From IMG/VR virus record IMGVR_UViG_3300033518_000130: a stretch of DNA of 64,000 bases; one strand, 5' to 3'. A program made the position numbers and the translations under genes. Below are positions 36,823 through 46,900 of this stretch, one piece after another (positions within the stretch are counted from its first letter, which is position 1; the number at the start of each line of letters is the position of its first letter). The notes beneath the pieces were generated by a model. The model saw only the letters and a list, made by a program, of their open reading frames with translations. It made no database searches and was not told the DNA's origin. The stretch is from a virus.

Positions 36823-39800
36823 ATGGGAAGACAAAGAAAACCAATAAAACCAACACCTACTGATTATATAATTAATTCAGTAAAACAAAATAATAACCCT
36901 TTAGGAGGAATAGATACAGCTGATAGTATTAAACAAACTACAACTCCTCCTATAGATATACTACAAACTTACAATCGTAATGCTCCTACTATTGCTTCTA
37001 GTAATGCTTTAGATGTAGGAGAATATAGCGGGTACGGAGGAGTTTATGATGCTATATCTTTAGATAGAGAACAGGCTGATAGAACTAGAGCAGAAGGGCA
37101 AAGTGGATTAGCTCAAATAAGAAATGCTATAGGTAGAGTAGTAACTAATATTCTACCTGAAATAGTAAAACAAGCTGCTAATATGCTTGACCCTGAAGAA
37201 TACCTTCAAAATGATAGAGAAGTAGGTAATAGTATAGCAGAAGCCATGACTAGTTTACAAGAAAGTGCTAATGAATCCATGCCTATATATCGTACTAACC
37301 CTAATGAATCATTTGATTTCGGAGATTCAGGATACTGGCTTGAAAACGGTGCTAACTTAGCTACTAGTGCAGGTGCTTTTGCAGCTCTTGGTTGGGCTAC
37401 AGGTGGGGGAAGTTTAGCAACTCTTACTAGAGGTGCTAAAGTACTTAAAGGTTTAAATATGGCTAGAAAAGGAACAGGAACTCTAGCAAATATTTTTTCA
37501 GAAGGTACTAATTTAATAAGATTAAGCAACTCTACTCAAAAAGTAGTTAGAGGAGCATCTACATTATCCTCAGCAATATTACTTAACCAAGCAGAAGGAG
37601 TAGGAGTAGCAGTTGATGTTTATAATGAACAGTATAATAAAAAACTAGAAGAACTTAAATCTAACGGATTAAACTTTAATAAAAGTGATGAAGAATTAGA
37701 ATACGAAGCTAAAACACACGCCTCTGAAGCTGCATCAAGTGCTATTGCTTATAATAGACTTAATATAGCATTAAACTTAACTAGTGCTAATATGTTAATG
37801 AAGCCTTCAATGGTTACTTCTAAGATTCTTACTAAACCTGGAGTAATGAATACTTTTAAAAACATCGGATTAGAAGCAGGGCAAGAAGCATTAGAAGAAG
37901 AAGTAAATCATTTATCTCAAAAACTAGTAACAGATAAACAAGGAAAAGTAAGAGGGTTTTTCGATATGGCTAAAGCTACACTTAGTAGTGAAGGAGCTAA
38001 TGAAATGTTTTCTGAACAAGGTTTAGAAAGTGCTATGTTAGGAGCAATAGGAGGAGCAGGACAAACTGCTATTACGGCTGGAATAGGTAATTTAAACATA
38101 AGAGCTAATGATACTTATAATAATAGTTATAAAAATGAAACAGTTAAACTCCAAAACGAAAATATATTAAACGCTATAAACGGAAAACCTCAAATAAGTG
38201 AAGCTGAAATAGAAACTAAAGCTAAAGCAAAGGCTTTACAAGAAGCAGGTACTGATAAAGAAAAAGTATCTGATTTTTTTATTAAAAAACAACAATATAT
38301 TCTACAACAAGAGCAAATACAAAAAGAAAAAAATAGATTTGAAGGTAATCCATCAGATGCTAACTTCTTACTTCAATCAGGTAAAGAACAAGAAGAATTA
38401 CAAAAAAAGATAGAAGAAGCTATTAACAATGGAGATAACGAAAAAGCAGATAGTTTAAAAGATGCTCTTATAGAGAAACAAGCTTATACAGCTTTTCAAA
38501 TGGGTACTACTCAGAATTTAGTAGATTTATATTCAGGTATTTCTACATTATCTCCAAATGAAGCTAAAGCAAAAGGATTAACAGATGATTATAAAGAAAA
38601 AGCTATACAAGCTATAAATGATATAAAAGAATTAGAAGATATATATACTGATTCACAAGCTAATTATCATAATTCAGAAGATGTTTATGATAGTAAAAAT
38701 TTTTTAAGAGATTTAAGTAAAGCCGAGAAGAGATTGACTAGTCGTTTAGTTGAGTTAAATACTCCTATTAATCAATCTCTAGATAATAAAATCAATGAAA
38801 AAGCTAAAGTTGTTCAAGAGAGAGAATTAATAGAAAAGTTTAAAAAAGAAAAAGAAGACTATTTAAAAGATTCAAATGCTACAGATAATAAAGAAGCTAA
38901 AGATTGGTTAAAAGGAAGAGCAGAAGAAAGACAAAAAAGAATAGATGAAATAGATGAAAAAAGAATAGAAAGACAAGAAAAAGAAATTGAAGAATCTATT
39001 AAAGCTAAACAAGAAATAGAGGATATTATAAACGGTAAAAAAATAGAAAGTGTTGATAAAAAAGATACTGACGGAAAACTTTTAAAAATTAATTCTTTTC
39101 TATCTCCTGAAACTATAGCTTTATTAAAGAAAGAAGTAAACGGAGAACAGTTGTTAAAGGTTATTCAACAATTACAAAATAAAGATGGAGAAGGAATAAG
39201 AGATTTTAAAGATAAAACAGAAGAAGTTTTAGGAATAATAACATCTTTTGAACATCAAACAAAATTATATAAAAGCTATAAAAAAGCTAAGGAAAAAAGA
39301 GATAAAGAAGATAAAGAGCAAAAAGCTAAAGATAAAGAAGCTAGAAGAAAAGAAAGAATAGCTAACTCTTGGCTAAATAAATTTAATAGAAATAAACAAA
39401 ATGATATAGAAGATAATACAGAAAATGATAAAGAGAGTAAAGACAAACCTAAAACAGATACATCTCTTCTCGGCTCAACTGTAATACCTGTTAATACTTC
39501 TATACCTGTTAATACTAATGTTGAAAGTATATTAAACTTTTTTAATAATAAAAGTAATAACCCTATTATTTATTTTGATTCTAATACTATTATTTTTAAT
39601 AATGAGCATTATACTAATTTTAGAAATAATAATAATGCTGAACCCTTTAAAATTAATCAAAATGAAACAATTTTTTCTTTTTTTAAGAGATTAAAAGCAA
39701 ATAAAGAATATTCTTTGTTAGAAAATAATAAAGTATTACCTTTATTAGCAGAGGGAAAAACATCTATATTTAAAGATAGTTTACAACAAATTTTAATAGA

Positions 39801-42800
39801 TTTAATTAAAGATGTTTCTAATACTTATCCTTTATTATCTAATGAAGAAGTAGTTAATAATCTTATTAAAGAATTAAAAGATTATATAGATATTATAGGA
39901 AAAGATTACAATATTTCTAGTAATGTAATTTTAACAGATTCTAAAACAGGAGTATCTACTACAGTGGATTTAATACTTACTAATAAAACTACAGGAAAAG
40001 TAAAATTACTTAATTTTTCTAGTACTTATAATAAAGAAGGTAAATTAAAATCAGAGAATGAAAAATTAGAAGTTAATAATTTAAAATTAGCTACTGTACT
40101 TTTAAAAAATCAAGGAATAGAAGTAGAACAAGCTACAATTAAACCTATTAAATTAACAGTAAAAGAAGATTCTATAATTCCTACAGATAATAATAATATT
40201 AATTTTGATAATATCGAATTAGTAGATAACTCTATTGATGTTAAAACTGATGATAAATCTATTGATGTTAAAGTAAATAAAATACTAACTAAAGATTTAA
40301 TAATATCTTTAACTAATCCTTTTCAATTAGATTCAGAAGAAGCATCTAGTGAAGAAAATGAAGATGAAAATAGTATAAGACTTGAAGCAATAAGTTCACA
40401 AGTAGATAATTTATTAATACTACAAAGAAATCCTAATGAAACTATTGAAACTTATGTAAGACGAGTTAAACAAAGTATATATAATACTCATCAAGAAAAA
40501 ATAGAGGAACTAGAAAATGATTTAAAAGAACAATTAGAAGAAGCAGAAGATGAAAATATATTAACTAAAATACAAATTATAACTAATTTAAATTATCCTA
40601 CTTTTCTTACTAAAGAAGTAGCTGATTTAAAAATAAAATATTTATCGGATTTTATAGATAATATAGATAATTATGCTGAAACTGATGAAGATAAAGAAGC
40701 TTTAATTAAAATAATAGAAGATGAAATAATTAATATTGAAGAAGAAATAATAAATATTTTAAAAGGATTAAATACCTTAGAAAATAACCCTAAATTTATT
40801 TTTTATGAAGAAGTTAGAGATTATTTAAAAAAGATAACTGATATACTAGAAGATAATGGTAATTTAGATAAAGTAGATAAAATAGAATTACTTAAAAATA
40901 ATTTCGATTACATAAAAGGTTTAGTAGAAGAAAAATTAGGTATATCTATAACTCCCGAAGATTTAGTAACTTTCATTAAACAATACAATAAATATGAATT
41001 AAGACCTGAATTTCTTTTAAAAGAAGTTTATAATGAAATCCTAGTAGATATATTTAATAATATTTTTAATTTATCTGAAGATAATAAAATATTAGATATG
41101 AATGAAATCTTCTTAACACAAGAAGAATTAGATTCTAATAAAAAAATTATAGATGATGAAATTAAAGAAATATTAAATGATTTTTCTCCTTTAATAGAAG
41201 ATTTTTCTTTTGATAAATTTTTAGAAATACATAAAGCTCATATTAAATTCTTAAATGGTAATTTATCTAAAGGAGAAGTATTTGTTGATGATGAAATAAT
41301 GTCTATGGGCAAATTAGTAAACTCTATGAGTTCTTCATTAGCTTATCTTTCTAAAGAATATACTTTAGAAATGGAAGAAATTAATGGTATTAAACGTAAA
41401 GTTTATAAAGAGAAAAATAATAATTTAAATCCTGAAATAGATACTAGGGTAATAGATATTAAATCTGGAGATAAAGTAGAATTTGAAGTATTACCTTTTA
41501 TATCCTATGTAAGAGAAAAATTTATTAAAGAAGAAAAATATACAGTTAAAGAAGAATTAATACAAGAAGGAATTGAATATAGAAAAATTACTACTATAAC
41601 TAATCAAAAAACTGGTATATCAGAAATTACTGAAGAGATGGTAGATTTTTTATCTAATGCTCCTATACAAATTAAAATAAATGGAGAACCATATAAAGGA
41701 TTATTTATTAGAACTCTTGCATCTATAGGAGTTAGTACAGTTAAAAGTATTGAAGAAGTAGAACAAGAAAAAGAATTATTATTAAAATTAAGAGAAAATA
41801 TTTTAACTAATAATTTAACAGAAACTAAAATAACAATTATAGGAGAAGGACATTTAATAGATAATGTAGAAGGAGCAAAAAAAATAAATGAGGCTTTTCC
41901 TGAAGATGAAGTTAAAATAGGCTATATAAATAAAAAAGGAGAACCTGTTGAAATTATTAATGGAGAAGAAATTCCTATTGTATTAGATAATATTAATTAT
42001 TTAAATAAAATACAAGAAGCAGGAATAGAAGTAAGAGGTAGAAATATATTATTAATTCCTAATGAAAATGGAATTAGTTATACTTTTTCTTTTTCTAAAT
42101 CTGATATTATTTCAAATGAGATTAAAACATCTATTAATAAAGTAGTAGAAATTTATTTAAATAAATTAGCTAAAAACCCTTTAAGTAAAGAACAAGAAGA
42201 GATATGGAAAAGAGTGTTAAAATCCTCTAAAGATTTAGATAATGATACTTCTAAAGATTTAGATAAACTATTCAATTATATAAATAGTTTTGTAAATATA
42301 ATATTTGATAATAAAGGATTAAACTTAGAAAAAGAATTATTTAAAGACGATTTACAAGATAAAAAATTAGAAAAATATATAAATAAACCTTTAATAATTA
42401 AAACTTCTACAGGTATTAATTTTGGAATAGGAGGTAGTACTTATGCATCAGGTTTTATTCCTATTAATAATATAAAAGGAATTTCTAATAATCAAATAAA
42501 TGAAATACTAGAAAAATTAGATAAAGTATTAGAACAAAGTAACTTTAATTATAGATTATTTACTGCTAAAAGTAATGAAACTTTTATAGTAAATGAAAAT
42601 AATAATATAGAAGAAAGAAAGTATGACGAAATAGTTAAAAATAATCAATCTACTCCTTTTACTAGTATTGAAGTTAATGGTAAAAAAGTATATAAAGTAC
42701 AAAAAACTTTATATATTGATACTAAAGAAGAATCAGAGAATCAGAAAAATAATAAAGAATTTAATCCTATTATTAATACTATAGAAAATGAAATAAGACA

Positions 42801-43980
42801 AAGTATTTCAGAAGAAGTAATTTTAAATCCTTTTAATAAAGATGAATATGTTATATTTGATAAAAATGGAAATATTGTTAAAAAGTTTGATAGAGTTAGT
42901 AGTTTAAAAGAGAAAAGAGGAAAAACTATATTTAAAGATGAAAAAGCTGCTCATAGAGGAAATATAGTTGATAACTTGTTAAGAGTTTTTATAGAACAAG
43001 ATAATATGTCTTTAGAAGAATTAAAAGAAATCTATAAAAATACAGACAAACAAACAAGTTTATCTTTTTCAGATATTACTTTAAATAGTTTATTTTTAAA
43101 TTTTAAAGAGATTAAATCTCATTTTAATTTAAAAGGTATAAAATTAATTTCTAATATACCTACTTTATACGGTAATATAAATGGAAAAGATATAGCAGGA
43201 ACAGTAGATTTATTAGGAATAAAACCTAATGGAGAGATATTTATTATAGATTTAAAAACAAGTTCACAAAATAGAACAGATAAAAAGAATAAATTTTATG
43301 AAGATTATTTAAGTGATGATACTATACAACAATCAGGATATGCTGAGTTATTTGGACAAGTAACAGGTAAAAAAATTAAAAGTATTTTTATAGTACCTAT
43401 ACAAATGTTTAAATCAGATGAAACTACTTATGGTTATACTTCATTATCTGCTGGAGAAGATATTGTATATGAACTTAAAAAAGATAAAAATATTTGGAAA
43501 GATAGAAAAGAAACTAGTAATACTCAAACTACATCTACTACTCAATCTAAAGTAAATATTAATATAAATAAATACGGTAATGACGTAATAAATAATAAAC
43601 CTTTATCTACTTCTATTAGTATTGAAGATTATAATGATAATTTTGGAAATTCTAGTAATATAGATTTAGAAAGTATTGAAGATTATATCCCTGAACCTTA
43701 TTTTAATAATCAAGAAGAATATGATACATATTTAGAAGATTTTAACAAAAGACGATTAGAATATATAGAAAATCTTAAAAAAGAACAAATAACAGAACCT
43801 ATTACTCAAGAGGATAAGTATAAAAGTAAAGACTTAGAACCTCTTAACACTTCTCTTTCGGCTTATACTTCTGAGTTAAATATAGACCCTATACTATTTG
43901 AAGAATTTATGCAGAAAAATATGAATACAATAATAGAGCAATTAAAAGATAAAGAATTAATAGAAGAAATTTGTAAATAA
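36823..43980 (+). CDS. giant virion (ejected/cargo-type) protein with C-terminal RecB-like PD-(D/E)XK nuclease domain
   Basis: 2385 aa. N-terminal Gly/Ala-rich hydrophobic segments (ATSAGAFAALGWATGGGSLATL and MLGAIGGAGQTAITAGIG) are followed by long coiled coils. The C-terminal nuclease motifs are AAHRGNIVDNLL, GTVDLLG, IFIIDLKTS and IQQSGYAELF. A degenerate copy (TTVDLILTNKTTGKVKLLNFSST) lies mid-protein. Confidence 0.6.
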   Translation: MGRQRKPIKPTPTDYIINSVKQNNNPLGGIDTADSIKQTTTPPIDILQTYNRNAPTIASSNALDVGEYSGYGGVYDAISLDREQADRTRAEGQSGLAQIRNAIGRVVTNILPEIVKQAANMLDPEEYLQNDREVGNSIAEAMTSLQESANESMPIYRTNPNESFDFGDSGYWLENGANLATSAGAFAALGWATGGGSLATLTRGAKVLKGLNMARKGTGTLANIFSEGTNLIRLSNSTQKVVRGASTLSSAILLNQAEGVGVAVDVYNEQYNKKLEELKSNGLNFNKSDEELEYEAKTHASEAASSAIAYNRLNIALNLTSANMLMKPSMVTSKILTKPGVMNTFKNIGLEAGQEALEEEVNHLSQKLVTDKQGKVRGFFDMAKATLSSEGANEMFSEQGLESAMLGAIGGAGQTAITAGIGNLNIRANDTYNNSYKNETVKLQNENILNAINGKPQISEAEIETKAKAKALQEAGTDKEKVSDFFIKKQQYILQQEQIQKEKNRFEGNPSDANFLLQSGKEQEELQKKIEEAINNGDNEKADSLKDALIEKQAYTAFQMGTTQNLVDLYSGISTLSPNEAKAKGLTDDYKEKAIQAINDIKELEDIYTDSQANYHNSEDVYDSKNFLRDLSKAEKRLTSRLVELNTPINQSLDNKINEKAKVVQERELIEKFKKEKEDYLKDSNATDNKEAKDWLKGRAEERQKRIDEIDEKRIERQEKEIEESIKAKQEIEDIINGKKIESVDKKDTDGKLLKINSFLSPETIALLKKEVNGEQLLKVIQQLQNKDGEGIRDFKDKTEEVLGIITSFEHQTKLYKSYKKAKEKRDKEDKEQKAKDKEARRKERIANSWLNKFNRNKQNDIEDNTENDKESKDKPKTDTSLLGSTVIPVNTSIPVNTNVESILNFFNNKSNNPIIYFDSNTIIFNNEHYTNFRNNNNAEPFKINQNETIFSFFKRLKANKEYSLLENNKVLPLLAEGKTSIFKDSLQQILIDLIKDVSNTYPLLSNEEVVNNLIKELKDYIDIIGKDYNISSNVILTDSKTGVSTTVDLILTNKTTGKVKLLNFSSTYNKEGKLKSENEKLEVNNLKLATVLLKNQGIEVEQATIKPIKLTVKEDSIIPTDNNNINFDNIELVDNSIDVKTDDKSIDVKVNKILTKDLIISLTNPFQLDSEEASSEENEDENSIRLEAISSQVDNLLILQRNPNETIETYVRRVKQSIYNTHQEKIEELENDLKEQLEEAEDENILTKIQIITNLNYPTFLTKEVADLKIKYLSDFIDNIDNYAETDEDKEALIKIIEDEIINIEEEIINILKGLNTLENNPKFIFYEEVRDYLKKITDILEDNGNLDKVDKIELLKNNFDYIKGLVEEKLGISITPEDLVTFIKQYNKYELRPEFLLKEVYNEILVDIFNNIFNLSEDNKILDMNEIFLTQEELDSNKKIIDDEIKEILNDFSPLIEDFSFDKFLEIHKAHIKFLNGNLSKGEVFVDDEIMSMGKLVNSMSSSLAYLSKEYTLEMEEINGIKRKVYKEKNNNLNPEIDTRVIDIKSGDKVEFEVLPFISYVREKFIKEEKYTVKEELIQEGIEYRKITTITNQKTGISEITEEMVDFLSNAPIQIKINGEPYKGLFIRTLASIGVSTVKSIEEVEQEKELLLKLRENILTNNLTETKITIIGEGHLIDNVEGAKKINEAFPEDEVKIGYINKKGEPVEIINGEEIPIVLDNINYLNKIQEAGIEVRGRNILLIPNENGISYTFSFSKSDIISNEIKTSINKVVEIYLNKLAKNPLSKEQEEIWKRVLKSSKDLDNDTSKDLDKLFNYINSFVNIIFDNKGLNLEKELFKDDLQDKKLEKYINKPLIIKTSTGINFGIGGSTYASGFIPINNIKGISNNQINEILEKLDKVLEQSNFNYRLFTAKSNETFIVNENNNIEERKYDEIVKNNQSTPFTSIEVNGKKVYKVQKTLYIDTKEESENQKNNKEFNPIINTIENEIRQSISEEVILNPFNKDEYVIFDKNGNIVKKFDRVSSLKEKRGKTIFKDEKAAHRGNIVDNLLRVFIEQDNMSLEELKEIYKNTDKQTSLSFSDITLNSLFLNFKEIKSHFNLKGIKLISNIPTLYGNINGKDIAGTVDLLGIKPNGEIFIIDLKTSSQNRTDKKNKFYEDYLSDDTIQQSGYAELFGQVTGKKIKSIFIVPIQMFKSDETTYGYTSLSAGEDIVYELKKDKNIWKDRKETSNTQTTSTTQSKVNININKYGNDVINNKPLSTSISIEDYNDNFGNSSNIDLESIEDYIPEPYFNNQEEYDTYLEDFNKRRLEYIENLKKEQITEPITQEDKYKSKDLEPLNTSLSAYTSELNIDPILFEEFMQKNMNTIIEQLKDKELIEEICK
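38722..38736 (-). repeat. CTYTCGGC-motif copy 11
   Basis: Plus strand gccgagaagagattg. Its first 13 nt are the perfect reverse complement of 39462-39474. Confidence 0.8.
39461..39476 (+). repeat. CTYTCGGC-motif copy 12
   Basis: catctcttctcggctc. Confidence 0.85.
43847..43864 (+). repeat. CTYTCGGC-motif copy 13
   Basis: acacttctctttcggctt. Confidence 0.8.
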
Positions 43981-43992
43981 AAATAAAATATA

Positions 43993-46900
43993 ATGAAAGA
44001 AGGTTGCGTAGTTAAAATTAAAAATAAAACTTATAAAACAGATAAAGGTCTTAAAAACTTTTTAATTAATAATATATCCTTATATAAAGATATATTATTA
44101 AATAAAGAAAATGTAGAAAAATTTAATACTTATATTGAAAAATTAAAACAAGAAGAAGAAAATAAAGATATTCAATATAAATTAAATTTCGCTGAAGAAG
44201 AAGAAAAAAAAGAAGAAAGAAAAAATAAAATAGAACAAGAAATAGAAAAAGAGTTAAATAACAATATAGATGAGTTAGATATAGATTTTTCTCCTTTAAC
44301 AGAAAACGATAATTATAATAATGAAATAGAAGAAGATTATAATTATATTAAAGGTCTTTCTACTACTATCCAAAGAGATGTTTTAAATAAAATTGTTAAT
44401 GAAATTTTAGAAAATATGCAAAAAGGGAAGTTAGTAGATATATCACAAGAAGTATCAGATTTTTATACTATATTAGAAAAAGGTATTAAAGTTAATATAG
44501 AAAATAGTTCTATTTCAGAAGAACTTAAAAAATCTATATTAGAACAAATAACTATTTTATCTAATAATAAAGTTATTATTTATAAAAAAGTAAGAAAACA
44601 TTTATTAAAAAATATATCAGTTACTCAAGCTAATAATACAGATAAAAATAAATATCTAGAAGAAAGAAAAAAAGCTTTAGCAGAAATGAACCTTGATACA
44701 GATTTAACAGATACAGATGAAATAGAAGATGATGATTTAGAAGAAGATAACGATACAGGAGAAGATAAAGAAAATAATGATAATTGGGGAGATAATAGTT
44801 TATATAAAACTGATGGAAGACAAAGTTTATCTCAAGTAGTTAAAACTTTATTTGTTAATATTTCTAAAGGTAGAATAATAAATGGACAATATAAAACATG
44901 GACAAATGGAATAACAGAAACTACAGTTCCTTTTGACGAAGCTTATAATAAAGTAGTATCTTTATTAGCTAATAATAACGGAAAAGATTATATTTATCCT
45001 TCTTATGAAGATATGATTAATGAATTAAAAAAACATACTACTAATACTCCTTTTTTACATTTTTTAATAGAAAAATTAGAAAAATCTGACACAGGAGTAA
45101 AGAACGCTTTTGTTACAGATATGTCTAAACAATATTCTAATTATACTTTTATGTCTATTACTAGAAAAGGAGATATATTATTATATAATAAAAGTCAATC
45201 AGATAATAGAAGTAAAGTAGATTTAGTTCTTAATGAATGGTATTCTAATTTAACTAATAGAGAAACTACATCAATAAGTACAGGAGAAGATGGTAAAGCT
45301 AGATTATTTTTTAATGATAAGACTTTAGAACAAATTAATCTTATTATAAATAAGACTAATAAAACGATAGAGGATTTAAAACTTTTTAATAATAATAAAA
45401 GAAAACATGGATTAGATACTTCTATAGATGAAAATAATCAGATAATAAACACTTTATTAGATGAAGAAGGAAAAATAATTCGTAACAAAAATATCGTAGC
45501 TTTACAAAGAAAAGAAAATATAAAAACTTTAAAAGATTACGAACAAAAACTTCGTAAAAATATAATGTCTAATATAGATTTAGTATTAAGAGTACAAGGA
45601 ATTAAACTACCATCTGAATTAATAGACTTTATTATAATTAACGGAGGAATAAATTTTAATTATCAAGTTAATGTTGAAGAAGTATTAAAAGAACAAGACA
45701 GTCTTAATAATTCAAGAAATTCTTATGGATATGAAAATATTGAAACTTTAGCTAATACTTTAATAGGACAATTAGAAACTTTATTAAAAGATAAATCTCA
45801 AAATTTTGAAACTAAAAATCCTATTGATAATAAATTTATTAAAACATTAGCTAAATATACAGCTTATTTTAGAACTGATTTATATTCAACAAGTTTTAGA
45901 AATATATCAAATGATAGTGTATATTCTTATAATAGCCCTAAAAATATAATAGATAATATATTAAAAATAAAATCAGATAAGAACTATTTAAATAATTTAA
46001 AAGATGATGATTATTTAAGAAGTATTCAAGATTTAAATAATCCTTATGAATGGCTACAAGCAGGAGGAGATATAGTGAGATTTAGAGATGGAATAAGTGA
46101 TAATTTAGTATATAGTACAGTTGATGGTTTATCGGAAATAGGTAAAAGAAAACCTGTAGATAAAATGAATGAGAGTGAATATTTATATTATATATATAAT
46201 ACTTTTTTTGCCTCTTCTAATTCTGATTTTGCATATGTTATGTTTCCTACTATGTCAGATAAATCAGTTCCTTTAGATTTAAAAGTTCCTAAAGTAAATT
46301 ATAGTATAAAACCTTTTGATAAAAAAAATTCCTCTAATAATAAACATATTGAACAATTATTTGATGCTTTAGTTTTACCCGAATTAAAAAGAATGAGTAA
46401 TGCTAAAGATAAAAAAACTAATATAGAAGAATTTGAAAAAGGTAAAAATCAAATATTTTTATTCCCTGAATTAAATACAGTTAGTGTATTAAATGAAAAC
46501 GATGAAGAGGTAAAAGTTATTAATGAATCTTTTATAACTAATGATAAAGGAGAAGTAGAGTATATAGCAGAATTTAATCCAGAAGCTTTATCTGAAGGTA
46601 GTTTATTACATAATGCTTTATTAGAAAAATTCCATAAGATAATAGTAGCTAAAATAAAACAACAAGGTAATCAGTTAATAAATTTAGGATTAGCAGAAAA
46701 CATTGATGGAGTATATCAATATACTAGTAAATTAGCTAGTAATAAAAATTTAGGAAATATATATTCAGATATTTCTACTTTTGCTATAACTAATATAGTA
46801 GCTAATGCTCAAATTCAAAAGATTTTTATAGGCGACCCAGCATTATTTTATAAAGAACCATCAGGATTAAAAGATTTAGTTAAAGAATATAAAGAAAAAA

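Noticed and set aside
39484-40275. Short in-frame tandem duplications (atacctgttaatact x2 at 39484-39516; tctattgatgttaaa x2 near 40231-40275; also attattgataattct x2 near 11695-11725)
   Set aside because: These are two-copy, 15-nt in-frame repeats giving IPVNT/SIDVK/IIDNS duplications. They look like ordinary slippage in low-complexity linkers and not like a functional repeat array.
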